From Balanoglossus misakiensis (lineage: Eukaryota > Animalia > Hemichordata), in assembly GCA_040954595.2 (NCBI GenBank), contig CM082584.2, positions 13,385,337 through 13,449,336 of the forward strand: a stretch of 64,000 nucleotides of DNA, in the 5' to 3' direction. Every line of letters starts with the position of its first letter. The first letter of the stretch is position 1. A program made the translations under genes and the position numbers. This document shows, in pieces, positions 52,901-64,000 of this stretch. The notes beneath the pieces were generated by a model. That model ran no database searches, was not told where the DNA came from, and saw only the letters and a list, made by a program, of their open reading frames with translations.

Positions 52901-55900
52901 TGCTGAAGAACTCACCGTCTGTCTGTCTGTCGAAACAATTTTGACAAAGTCTGTGGATTTGTTGGTATTGTATAGGAAGACTGCTACATGTATGCTATAA
53001 GTTTGTTTTGTCTTATCCGTACTGTAGCATGGCTCTCTAACACGTGACACTATAAACCATCACTTTTCCAGAGATTTTTCTTTATAAGTCGTAAGAGCTG
53101 CCAGTGACTGTTATATCGCCAGGTTACCGTTACTATGGTTATCATCTCCATCGGTAAACTTCTACAGAGAATGACATTTGCAAAGTGTCACCCAGTGAGA
53201 TCCAATCTTAGAGGATCAAATCCTCTGACATGCGTATAAGACATCATCGTATGTTACACCTATAATAACTAGCTTTCAGAGGGCTTTAACACAATACCGT
53301 CAGATGCATACAAGACTAGAGCTAAATACAAATCTGACATTTTTAAAAACGGGTGATTGTGACGAGGGAACAGACAGATGTCATTAAGCGCGCTCCTGGC
53401 ATGGTGATTATCGGCGTTAAACTCGACTTGTATCGTTCTGTGTTGCCATTGCAGTTGTTGCTAATTTTGTCGTTGTTAGGTCATAGTGGGTTCTTGGTAG
53501 GGCTCATGCTTCCTTCATGAATTAGGAAAGTCGGCGGTTGGCCCTGGTACAGTCGTTTTTTCGAGTTGAATTCGTGACACAGGGGTTGCTAAAAAAAACC
53601 ACGGGCTGATAAAGAAACACCACATGCGGGTGCAGTTTTATAACAACCCAGGAAATCTTTTTTATCCATGATATTTTTATCTTGATTAAATTATCTTCTA
53701 TCTTGTAACGAATGCCACATGAATCGTTATGTAGTCGTGGAAACAGAAATCGTGCAGGTAAATGAGACGACGCGAGTCTCAGCTCGTTTCCGTTTTTAAT
53801 TCGCTCTTAAGGAACCGGACAGAGTTAACAGGCGGGGTGGGCTATATAGACTTTGGGTTAATCCTCTGTCTCCTACGTTTTGTGAGCAGCTGTGGTATTA
53901 TTTGAAGATGAAGAAGAAGGGACGATTCTTTCATGTTTTATAAAGCTGTATTTCCCTTTAGTAGCGTTTACTCCGCGAGAACTCAGGTTTCACGTTTGTG
54001 GCTGCTTTAAGCCGGCACAATGATAAATGCATTAAATCTCCACGTCGTTCGAATTCAAGTCGGTGACCGGCGCTGATTTGGGATTATTCGGTATTCTGAC
54101 GTCAATGGCAGAGCTTCAGAGAAAGGCAGCCTTCCCCTGGGGCGGATTTTCGTTCCTGACAATTTCTAGTCGGCTAATGCGCGGATGGGCAGCTGGGTGT
54201 CTACCCAAGGCTTCATTAATATTCTAAATGTCCGACTTCGTTATGGGAATAGCGCAATTTAAACCAATGGTCGGAGGAAGTCTCACTGTTTTGAGTTCGA
54301 AAAGGAGACATAGTGCATATGGCACAACTGTGACATTGCTAAATCCAGGTCAAACAAAGTTTCTTTTGTGAAATAATGTAATAAGGCTTCTGCTTGTTGT
54401 AGGCACAAGTTTTCAAGATTCCTTGTACTAAACCGCACGCTCCTATATATTGAGACAATATCGGAGAGAAACGATGGACCAATCACGGTTTATGAATACG
54501 TGTATACACCTGTATCGATTTCAACCATCTGTTCTCGTGTGATCTCTTTGTTGACTGGCGCACTCGCTGTATTCTGTTCGTTGCTTGTAGGTGAAAAAGA
54601 CTAGATCTCAGTCAAGGACGTAACCTTTGCCAAAAAGTCACGATAACGAAAGTGTGTTCTGTTGTCATAGTAATTCAAAGCGCGATTCACAGGGTGCCAG
54701 CTCAGATACGGCTTGCCAGTCAGCAGGAAGCCGCATGCGCTGTTAGACTCTGAAATGTGTATACCGCTTAATTGACAATGACGTTTATGAAAGCGCCAAA
54801 TAGTCCTCTGAGATTGTAAAATCGTGACGAAAGGCTTTTAGGGAATAACTGTTGAGAGATGAAAATCGTAAGGCACGTTTTATTCGTCAACCAGTGGCCC
54901 TGAACATGAATAAATATCACCTATACAACGAACCCTCCCGTCATTCCACCTGTTATTGTTTGGGTTTAAACATCGTGGAGATAATTTCGGTTTACTGGGC
55001 AGGGGTGACTTCTCAACAAAAGAGATGTCGCTTCTTAAATGTTGGCTTGGAGTGTGTAATTGATCGGAGCTATATAACGCAAGATGATGATGCTGATACG
55101 ACATAATTTGATATCCCATATTATTACCCGTTGTCATAGATACCAAAACCGAAAATCAATTGCAGAGAAAGACGCCGTTATACAGCGATTGTTGAGCGAT
55201 AATTGAACGTGTCAAATGTGGGACGCACGAATTTGCTCGCGGGAGTGTAATCCAGAACAATTGGCAGAAATGACTGATCTTTGAAGTGGTGCAGTTTGTA
55301 ATTGGATGTCGCGTCAGGTTCACCATGATAGACGAGGCCTAGTGATAAACTGCTCAACCTTTTCGGAACAAAACAATATCTTAAATTTACATTGCGATAG
55401 TTTAATTTCCAGTCTGCCACTGTTGATGCACACGCTGATCGATATCAATATTGGTATCATTTAAAGTTTTAGGAAATTGACCATTATTTGTGATGCGAAT
55501 ACCATGTAATATTTTATTATTTTCCCCCAGTTCCCGCGTTGAAACAATTTCTGATCCATAGCTTTACTCAAAGACGCAATAATACGTATCGAGTGTACGT
55601 TTTCGTTCTTTATATCATCATGCTTCATGCAACAGCTACTGAAAACCAAGCGCCCTTTGAAATCATAACACAGAAGTGAGCCACGTTCCGAGAATGATAC
55701 TAAAATGGTTTATTAGACTTCAACATAATTGTCTAACCTTGTAAAAGCAATCAGGATAACATCACAAAATGAGGTTCATATTAAAACCTGTGCAATTTTA
55801 TGAACGAGTCAGTCAAGGGTGGCGTAACGCCCTTGGTCTGTTGTTATTAAACAGTGTTTAAAGGACACTTTGGAGTGACTCACAGCCGCGTCTCCTACCA

Positions 55901-58900
55901 TTCGCTATTAGGTTAGCAAGTCTTTTCAAGGATTTAGAATAGAAATGTAAAGTTATTAATAAAAGTGTGAAACTCTCATGCTTTGTGGACATCAGCACAA
56001 AAATATCACACCGGTTCAATAACTGTTAGTTTCTTTTATGGCACTGCAGAGAAAAGGGGAGAAAAAATGAGAAAGCAGTTCTACTCATTATGTTATCTGA
56101 TTGATTTTGTCATAAAATATGTCGGTCTATGACAAATGGATATAACCACTTTACCCACTGCCGTTAAAACAAGGAATCCCTCGAGAACTGTATGGAACAA
56201 GTTTTCCCAGAAGACATCATCGAGGTTGGATGAATTCAACATCAAAACAGACACATTGACATTTTGAATCAAGGGTTTCATAGGACATATCAGATCCACG
56301 TGGTACTCTTATTATTCATTTTGCATGTTTTGCAGTTTGGTAGTTGTCCCCTTGCCTACGCTTGTAGTGTATCGGTTGATGTGCTTCGGACGATGTAATC
56401 TGGCAAATTGAAACGTTTTAGCGCTATGTCATCCATGTTGTCTGTCTGCCACACATGGCAAGATATCTACATTCCCCATTTTGGATGAATACGCGACCTG
56501 TGGCATATAATGATAAGTTTCATACCCGGAATATAAAAAGAAATCATTTTCCTGGCATTTTTATCATCTACTGTAGATGTAGCCAATCTCATGTGTCATA
56601 CTACACGGACGATAACAGCCCAACGTATGAGTATACCTTAGCGGCACAATGCATACGTGATGAACAGATAGACTGCAAGGAAATGATGTTCCATATCACG
56701 TACTATAGTCATCATGTTTTATGAATGATCTGAGTCAGCAATTGAAATTTTGTTGTGAATGAGAAATGTGATATTTGAAGGAGATGGCTTGTGGTGACAA
56801 CTGAGAAGTATGTCATATTTTGGCTAGCGGCCGCAATTGTTTGATTTCCCGTTTAGTCAAATTTGAATGCAGGTAAAATTATGCATAGTGAGCTTGGATG
56901 AAAATTTCATATCAGTCAGAACCCATTTCCATAGAAAACCAGGTTGTGACGTTAATCTGGTTTGGCTTAAGTTTTTACAGAAAGCATGAAATGAGGAAAT
57001 TTACGGCGCATTAACAAAAATCGCACACATAAAATGCAACCTGGGAATCAATTTCGCGTAAGTCAGCTTGGGCAAAATAATGCGATATAAAACAGCAAAT
57101 CACGACTCAATCACCATAGTAACAAGACTAAACAGGAGGAATTGTACTTGTCCAGGATGTCAGAGGCGCTTGTTATTACGTTCGATATGTGTCCCCTGTA
57201 CCCTCGACATTAAATGAACACTATGAAATATATCATGGTGTATGCCTTTACATGAAAATGTTCATGGAAAGGCAACATCAAAGATTTTATTCCTAAAACA
57301 CGGCACACTTCGCGAATTTACGAGAAAATGGCAGGACGTTGAAAGCTTTCGCTGATGTGCATTAACCGAACTGCGTATTCCCCTCCACGCCGTTCTGACT
57401 TCGGCGATGCCCATGTCGTCGTCAATGTATGGCCCAGATGTTATTTGGCAACTACTGATGATTTTTGTCAAGTGACACCGAACATCTGCTCCTTACACTG
57501 GAGACAAACCCTAGTACTAGAAAAAAACTACGGGCTTTGTGTTCGTCACATTATTCACTTCACCATACAAGTAAAACGTAGTCACTTCACGAAGACCCTT
57601 AGATCAAGCCACCAACATCAAAAGCAAATCAAAGGTGTTCAAAACGACGTGCACGTACATAATACAACACGTAAACTTACCTAATCGTAAACATGTATTC
57701 TCAAACGAGCTATTCGGTTGATGTCGTTTTTCTGAATGACGCTGGGAGGAGGATACACTGAGCTGTTGATGAGCAGATATATACTTGTGCCACTGCACTG
57801 TTCATTCTAAGTGTGACCTCGTAACAGAGTACGCTCTCCTACAGGTGAGCCTTATGTTCACCTACTGAAGGACAGTAGTATGAGTGGCTTTCGCCTTCTC
57901 TCTGATCACAATGTACAACTGTAGGCTGTGTTCTTGAGAAGAAAGCTGTCAGTTAAAAATAAATGCATTTTCGTCCTTGTTCCCTTGTTGCGTATACTTA
58001 TATAAAATAACTCTGCAATGACTAATTTCCTCCCATCAACCGCCATTACATCGATTACAAGTGCTAGATAATGACTTGTTGCGGACGGTAATTGTCCACA
58101 ATAGAAGATTCGAATCAGTGTTCTCACCACTGAAGTCAATCATCTATTTTGCTGAAAACCATTTCTGTTTGATACAAATGTATGTGTATGCTATACCACA
58201 TTCGGTTTAGTCGATGACAACCAATAGCACATATATACCGCAATATACGGAATCGTTAGCTTTTCGGAAAATCACTGCTTTGTTTTTTTTCTTCTAAAAT
58301 CTCTTGGTATAAAATTAGATTCATATGTTCAAAGTAACATTGAATCTGAAACTGAAAGGTCTGAGGGGCAAAACCTAGTGATGACAATAGCCTAACTTCT
58401 CGTGAGCTGTTGAAAGGTTTAAATCAACAGCAGCCATATCAATGTTGAATATAATATCGCAGAAAAGAAGCCCACTTCTTCGGCGGCTACCATCCACCGT
58501 TAATTATCTCTGCAGTGTGTGAGTGAAATTAGATACATGTATTTTATAATCATGTTTTTTTCTACTGAACAGACAGTTTTCTATGCACATTGTACTTGTA
58601 ATGCAATGCCCTGTAATATAAGCTTATTCATCAAGGGCGTCCCCTGGAGTTACACCCTAGCCACGCGAGATTTCGCAGGGTCTCGTTGAGTTCGGGAAAT
58701 TGTCTATTCAAACTTGCTGAGGGTTGTCTTCGTAAGGTGCGAGATTTGAACGCGATTTTCTACGGTTGTTCTGGTTGGTCAGATGCACAGAAATAGCAGA
58801 ACAAGAACAGTAAAAAATCAAGCAAAGATAGAGCATACATCTAGCAACAGTTGAGTTCAATCAGATTGAGTGTGACCCATCGGAGAATTGGGTCTTTGAC

Positions 58901-61900
58901 ACAATTACACGAGAAATCAACTCCTTCGACTCAGCCACTCGCAATATCTTCATGGGCATGCTATTTAAAAATAATGACTTTGACTCAGGGACTTGACTTC
59001 TATGCTATTCGATTTATATTTCAATTTCAACAGAACAGCCATGATATGGTATACCATCAGCAGCATCGACTTCAAGGACTCATTATAAGGCATTATGGCG
59101 TCTTAAATGACAGCGTTTCCTTCCTTGGCGGGGGCGTTGGAAGGAACCTAGTACAGTTATTCAAAATGAACACCACTTGAGAGAATAAATAGAATGCTGC
59201 GGGTAAAAAATAGCCCTTGGCCAAGTTAGCACCCATTAAAGTTGCTGCAATAGGTCATGTGGTTACCGTTTTGCACTGTCAGACAAAAAATTCCTTTCGT
59301 TCATAGTCCGAAGCCCAGATCGCGAAAGTAACATCCCTCTATGGAACTATATTGTCAGAATATCTCCGTATTGCTCGTGCAAAGTCCTGGAAAAGGGTTT
59401 CTTATTTTTTTGCGGAACAACAAATATGAATACCCACTTTTCCTGTTAATGCCAAAAGGGCGCTAAATACGGCTAACGATATATCTGTGACGGATAATTT
59501 GACATACTGTGGACAAAAACAAGTCGTGAAGATTGTGTTTATGTTTTCAGAAAACTGTAAGGATGCCATGTCTGTCACTTTGTAAAGAAACTTGTCTCTT
59601 TGTTGAAGATATAATTTTGGGGAAAAATACATGTTTATTGCGAAACTGTAATATTGACACAAACCGATTCGTCTGTCAGATGTAGAAAATAGAGACCGAC
59701 AACACGATCGACAAGGGCGATCGTTTTCATCTGCTCGATTCTTTATCTCCGCGAAGCACAAATCGGCTCATGAAAGTATAAGCAGAACCCTGTAAACAGT
59801 GTGTAATGTTGCCGTGACAACAGAAGAGAACTGTGGGGCACGCGTGACGTCAATCGAAGCGATAAAGATCTTAGCGTTTCTTTTACTGTTATCATGTGCA
59901 TCGTTCGAGATCTAATGGTAAGATGCAGCGTAGCAGAGAAATGATAAATTATATCAATCTATTTCGTTTTTGCTTCTAAGACGGTTGTGGCAAAGAGGAG
60001 TCGCCCACTTATGTTATTTCAGAGTAAAAGGCGTGGGAAGGGTGTCGAGGAAACCTTTGTGAGATAACAGCAAAATGGGAAATTATATGTGCACTTAACG
60101 CCCACAAAATAATATGAAATAAACACATTGAACTACGATGAAGGATACAAACATTGTTGACTATTACACTATAGGGACATTGCCAGTGCCTGGTGGGAAT
60201 AATTACGATTATCTGCGGCGATAGAATTATTCTTTTGGAAACAAACGCAATGACACGTGCATATCAGCCTCAAACTTCAAGTTTTGGAGTTTGAAAATAA
60301 GATTTAAATTCCACCAGCGTGTACAGTGAAACTAAATAATTTGTTTCTATTGGGAAAGTTCTGTCTTCGAATATCCTTTAGTTAACACACATTTACCGAA
60401 CTGTCGCCGGTAACGCATATTGACATCGGCTTCCATACCGACGACTTGTGTATTTTAGATCAACTCTAAAACACTGACTTCCGATATTTACGACACAGTA
60501 CAACTCGGAAAAGGTCGCGCCACACGTGATTCGCATAACCCGCTCAAAACACGGCAGAGGTTTTATCCGTAGGCCGACGGCCAAGAAAAAAATGTGACTG
60601 TGTTCCAGGTTGCCCGATCTACTCTTGTTCACCCCTCCCCGAAAGATGTGCCTCACGTTTTTTTTCCAGAGATTAATGGAATTAAACACGGTACAGGATG
60701 TTTCGAATAGAATTAATGATGATGAAGGGTGAGGTTTAATAGCTAACGGTTTTTATTGCTTTTTAGTTTCCGATTGCACGTGGTTGCTGTTATAAAGTAA
60801 TGACAACCATTGTATGTCCCTGTCGTTTGCGTTCACTAAATCTGGCCGTTACTTCAAGTTCAAACGTGATTAACTCCAGGTTCGGTGAAAAGGTCATTAC
60901 AGTGCAGTGTATGCGTCTGAAGTAAAGGTTCTTGATGCCAGATCATCGTTCATACCTTATTGTTAGTGAGCGAGATCAAGATATGGCCTCGTTGTTAGCG
61001 GTAATCCGCCTCGAGAAAAAAAGAAGTCCGGGTTTCCGCCATATTCGTATGCAAATGTGATGAGCTCGAGGCGCGCGTAATGGGCGAGTCCACTGCAAGC
61101 CAACACCCATGCATGACAGCGTACATGTGCGTGTACATGTTCTGTCACCTCCTTCGGAAGTGTTGAAATAAGCCGTGAATCTTTCATGGTTTCCTGACAC
61201 ATCAAATGCCCTTTTCAACAGATAATGGTCGACTCGTTCTGACTTAGCCATTATTAGGAGGCATGTTACTTCTGCTTACTGGCTCGTCACGTTTTTTTCT
61301 CCAGCTGCAAATGTTGCGGACCGAGACACAGAGGCTGAAACTTTTGATACAAGTTTAAGATTTTTGTTCTTTTTGTCGTGTCTATAATCTACTAATCTAA
61401 TTTAGTTCACGTTTTCCGAATGCCGCGGCGACTAACGAAAAAACGTTCGGCTCAATGGCAGGCGTGGTGTTCATTTTACGCTCCCCTTGTACTGCTATTT
61501 CAATGTTCAGTAATATGACGTTCAACAGTCCGGGTTATTTTCTGTAATTGCTGTGAAACGAGACGATCGATTACAGTCACAAGGCATTGGCATCAATAAC
61601 AATTAGTGTCTGACTGCGTACCCAGATAAATTTGCTTGTATATGTGTCTATGTTTATTACTGTGTATTGAGAGTTGGGTCAAACATTAATAAGCTATCGT
61701 TGATGGCGTAGTATTGTCTATCTGTTACACGCTCGGCTAAAACATATCACGTATCGTTTCATCCTGAATGTAGTTTTGCCAGCAAAACATTTACTTATAT
61801 TTTGAACCGGTCTCGCTTTCACCATCGTAATTTCCATCATCACCATCACCATATATATCATCACCATCATCGTCGTCGTCCTCCTCCTCCTCACCATCGC

Positions 61901-62461
61901 CCTCGCAACACCATCACTGATGACCTTAAATCTCCATTTCTACCGAAAGCACAATAAAATGCCACGTTAACCTTGGTTGACAATCGGAGGCGTCGTGTAC
62001 GTGATGATATAACATCAAGACGTAATACTTCGCCGGAGTCGTGACACACGAAATCCCATGCGCGTGTCTAGTGGCAAGTCTGTCATAGTAGGCGGCAAAA
62101 CCTCGGAATGGATCCTCTAAAACCTACAAGAGGCGAACCAAGGCCGCTTTAACTTGATATTTTATTTGAGAGAGGACCATCGGAGATACCGGGGGCATTA
62201 ATAATTCAAACCAGCTTCCTAGCCGACGTCATTCTGGACACTGCAACACTTCCGCTTCAAATCACGACTCACAGTGAACGCGACCCATGAAAATGTATGC
62301 CTTTCAAATACAAACAGGTGTAAATCTGTACGTTTTGAAGGGTTGACATCGTTGTAATTACGGAACGGCTGTACAAATTGTCTTCGAACGTTTTAATGTA
62401 CAGGCAGCGAACGGAAAAATAAAACATTCATTCCTCCTTCTGCCTGAGTTTCCATGGCAAC
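40998..62461. promoter_or_regulatory. Non-coding region upstream of CBARP with clustered RFX X-box and CRE motifs
   Basis: X-box-like 14-mers at 40998, 42473, 42933, 43583, 44861, 45947, 47504, 52432, 55130, 59808 and 62448. Perfect TGACGTCA at 42547, 46010, 48836, 50965, 54097 and 59845. Confidence 0.45.
61834..61920. repeat. Degenerate trinucleotide simple repeat (CAT/CAC/CGT/CCT)n
   Basis: ccatcatcaccatcacc...catcatcgtcgtcgtcctcctcctcctcaccatc. Confidence 0.8.
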
Positions 62462-63460
62462 TGCGCGCTACTCCAAGATAGTCTATCGTTTCGTCTCGAA
62501 TGACAATTAAGAAATAAAAAGCAGTTGTGACGTTGAAGTTTCTAAGCGACGCAAGCAATTAGAAGAAATGTTCCTGACGGATGCATCTGTGAATTGTGAT
62601 TGGACTTTGTTTTGACTTAATGCATACACCCGATGCAGTCAATTAAGTCACGCCAAATCCCGTGAGAGCATCTCGTTAACGACCACAGGTGATGTGCTTT
62701 GAAGTGGACTGCATCAAAACGACTCCTTAGATAGCCCAAGGTGTGAGTTCAAAGTATTGATTTTGACGGAGTTTTTATCACAGACACTAAAGTCTTCGGA
62801 ATATCTTCAATTGAGGAATTTCGAGGTACAAGAAGTATAGTTGAGGAGTTTGTGATGTTGAGTATCTACAGCTGCTATACGGAGATTCTCCCAAGGAGAA
62901 TGGATTGAAAATTAGCTGCTTTACCGTGCATTCTCAAAGCGACCGCGAAAGAGAAACAAGAACCCGAAGCCGCAATGAGCATGTTCGGCAATAATGCGAC
63001 AAAAAGTGCTGTGAACTCGTCGCGGCGTAGCCTCAATATCCTGTCGCATTGCAAACTGTTTAATGGCGTGAGTGAAACAGGCTAGCTTCCGTACTTTTTA
63101 TCCAATCTCCAATTCTTACAATATCCCCTCCTCACACACCGCAACCTGTCAACTTTGCGCACGCTACACTACATTCGGGTACCCTTTTGATTCAGTGGCC
63201 ATGGCTTCTCAGGGGAAATTGTGCTCGTGTTTCCCTGCGTTTCCCCAAAATCAAGGATATGGAGCATCGGTGAGGCGAGAAAACTTGAGTTGAGTTGACA
63301 CTCGAAGTTAGTTTTCCCTCCCTCCGTCCAGGCCTGCCCTCGCCCCTTCCTTTTGAAGAACGCCCCCAATGGCCAAACTTATTAGCAGCGGGTCAACACT
63401 GGGTCAAAGAGGGTTCATGAGGTCACAGTATACTCAACAAACAAACACACACAAATCAAA

Positions 63461-63892
63461 ATGGCGGACGAAGAACCGCGCGAAATAGAAATCGAGGACT
63501 CCACGCAAAACACAGAGGAAAAGAAGCAGGCCAGTGAGAAACCACGGAAAGTCCCGGGCGAAGAAACAGTCAGACTTACGAAATTTCCACTGACAAGAAT
63601 AAAACATATGATGAAAATGGACCCGGACGTCACGCTAGCAAGTCAGGAGTCAGTGTATTTGATCTCAAAAGCAACGGTATGTACATTGTACGTCGGTAGG
63701 GGTTAATGTGGTACATGTACCTCCAATCTCCATGGCCTATGGCTTAGGGAACGTCTTGGAGTCGCTAAAATACATGTAATTGAGAAAGTATATGTGTTGC
63801 ATTTCAGGAGATGTTTGTACAGCACCTGTCACAGTATTCTTACAAATATACATCACAAAGTAAGAGGAAAACGATACAGAGAAAGGATGTAG
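63461..63892 (+). CDS. POLE4: DNA polymerase epsilon subunit 4 (histone-fold, NF-YC-like), first two exons; continues beyond the window
   Basis: Exon 63461-63676 (RLTKFPLTRIKHMMKMDPDVTLASQESVYLISKAT) splices in phase 0 to exon 63808-63892 (EMFVQHLSQYSYKYTSQSKRKTIQRKDV), the typical POLE4 histone-fold sequence. Confidence 0.9.
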
Positions 63893-64000
63893 GTAAGTCC
63901 CCCCCCCCCCGAACTGTTGTGCATTACACAGAAGTGCAGAAATGGGTTACAATACATATAGTTGAAGTGAACTGCATAATATGGTTACCATGGTCACATG

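Overview
Eukaryotic, intron-rich, AT-rich animal DNA. Gene content suggests an invertebrate deuterostome, possibly a hemichordate (inference). By manually splicing GT-AG exons with consistent phases I reconstructed seven protein-coding genes. (1) The 3' part of an AKAP2/MISP-family gene (+, 956-3239). (2) A two-coding-exon type-II membrane sulfotransferase (+, 6830-8171). (3) An 11-exon secreted mosaic protein, SP-PAN/Apple-EGF-TSP1-TSP1-SRCR-TSP1-fibrinogen/intelectin-like (-, 8777-12909). (4) A 16-exon POT1 with an extra N-terminal OB-like domain and a 4x111-nt Thr/Ala repeat linker (+, 13995-20668). (5) A divergent caveolin (+, 21988-22821). (6) A CBARP/BARP-like Ca-channel beta-subunit anchoring protein (-, 26242 to at least 32974). 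(7) The 5' end of POLE4 (+, from 63461). Between CBARP and POLE4 lie about 30 kb of non-coding DNA enriched in RFX X-box and CRE palindromes, several of them closely paired. No prokaryotic systems, CRISPR arrays, tRNA/rRNA genes or intact transposases were recognised. Family assignments rest on motifs recalled from memory, not on database searches.
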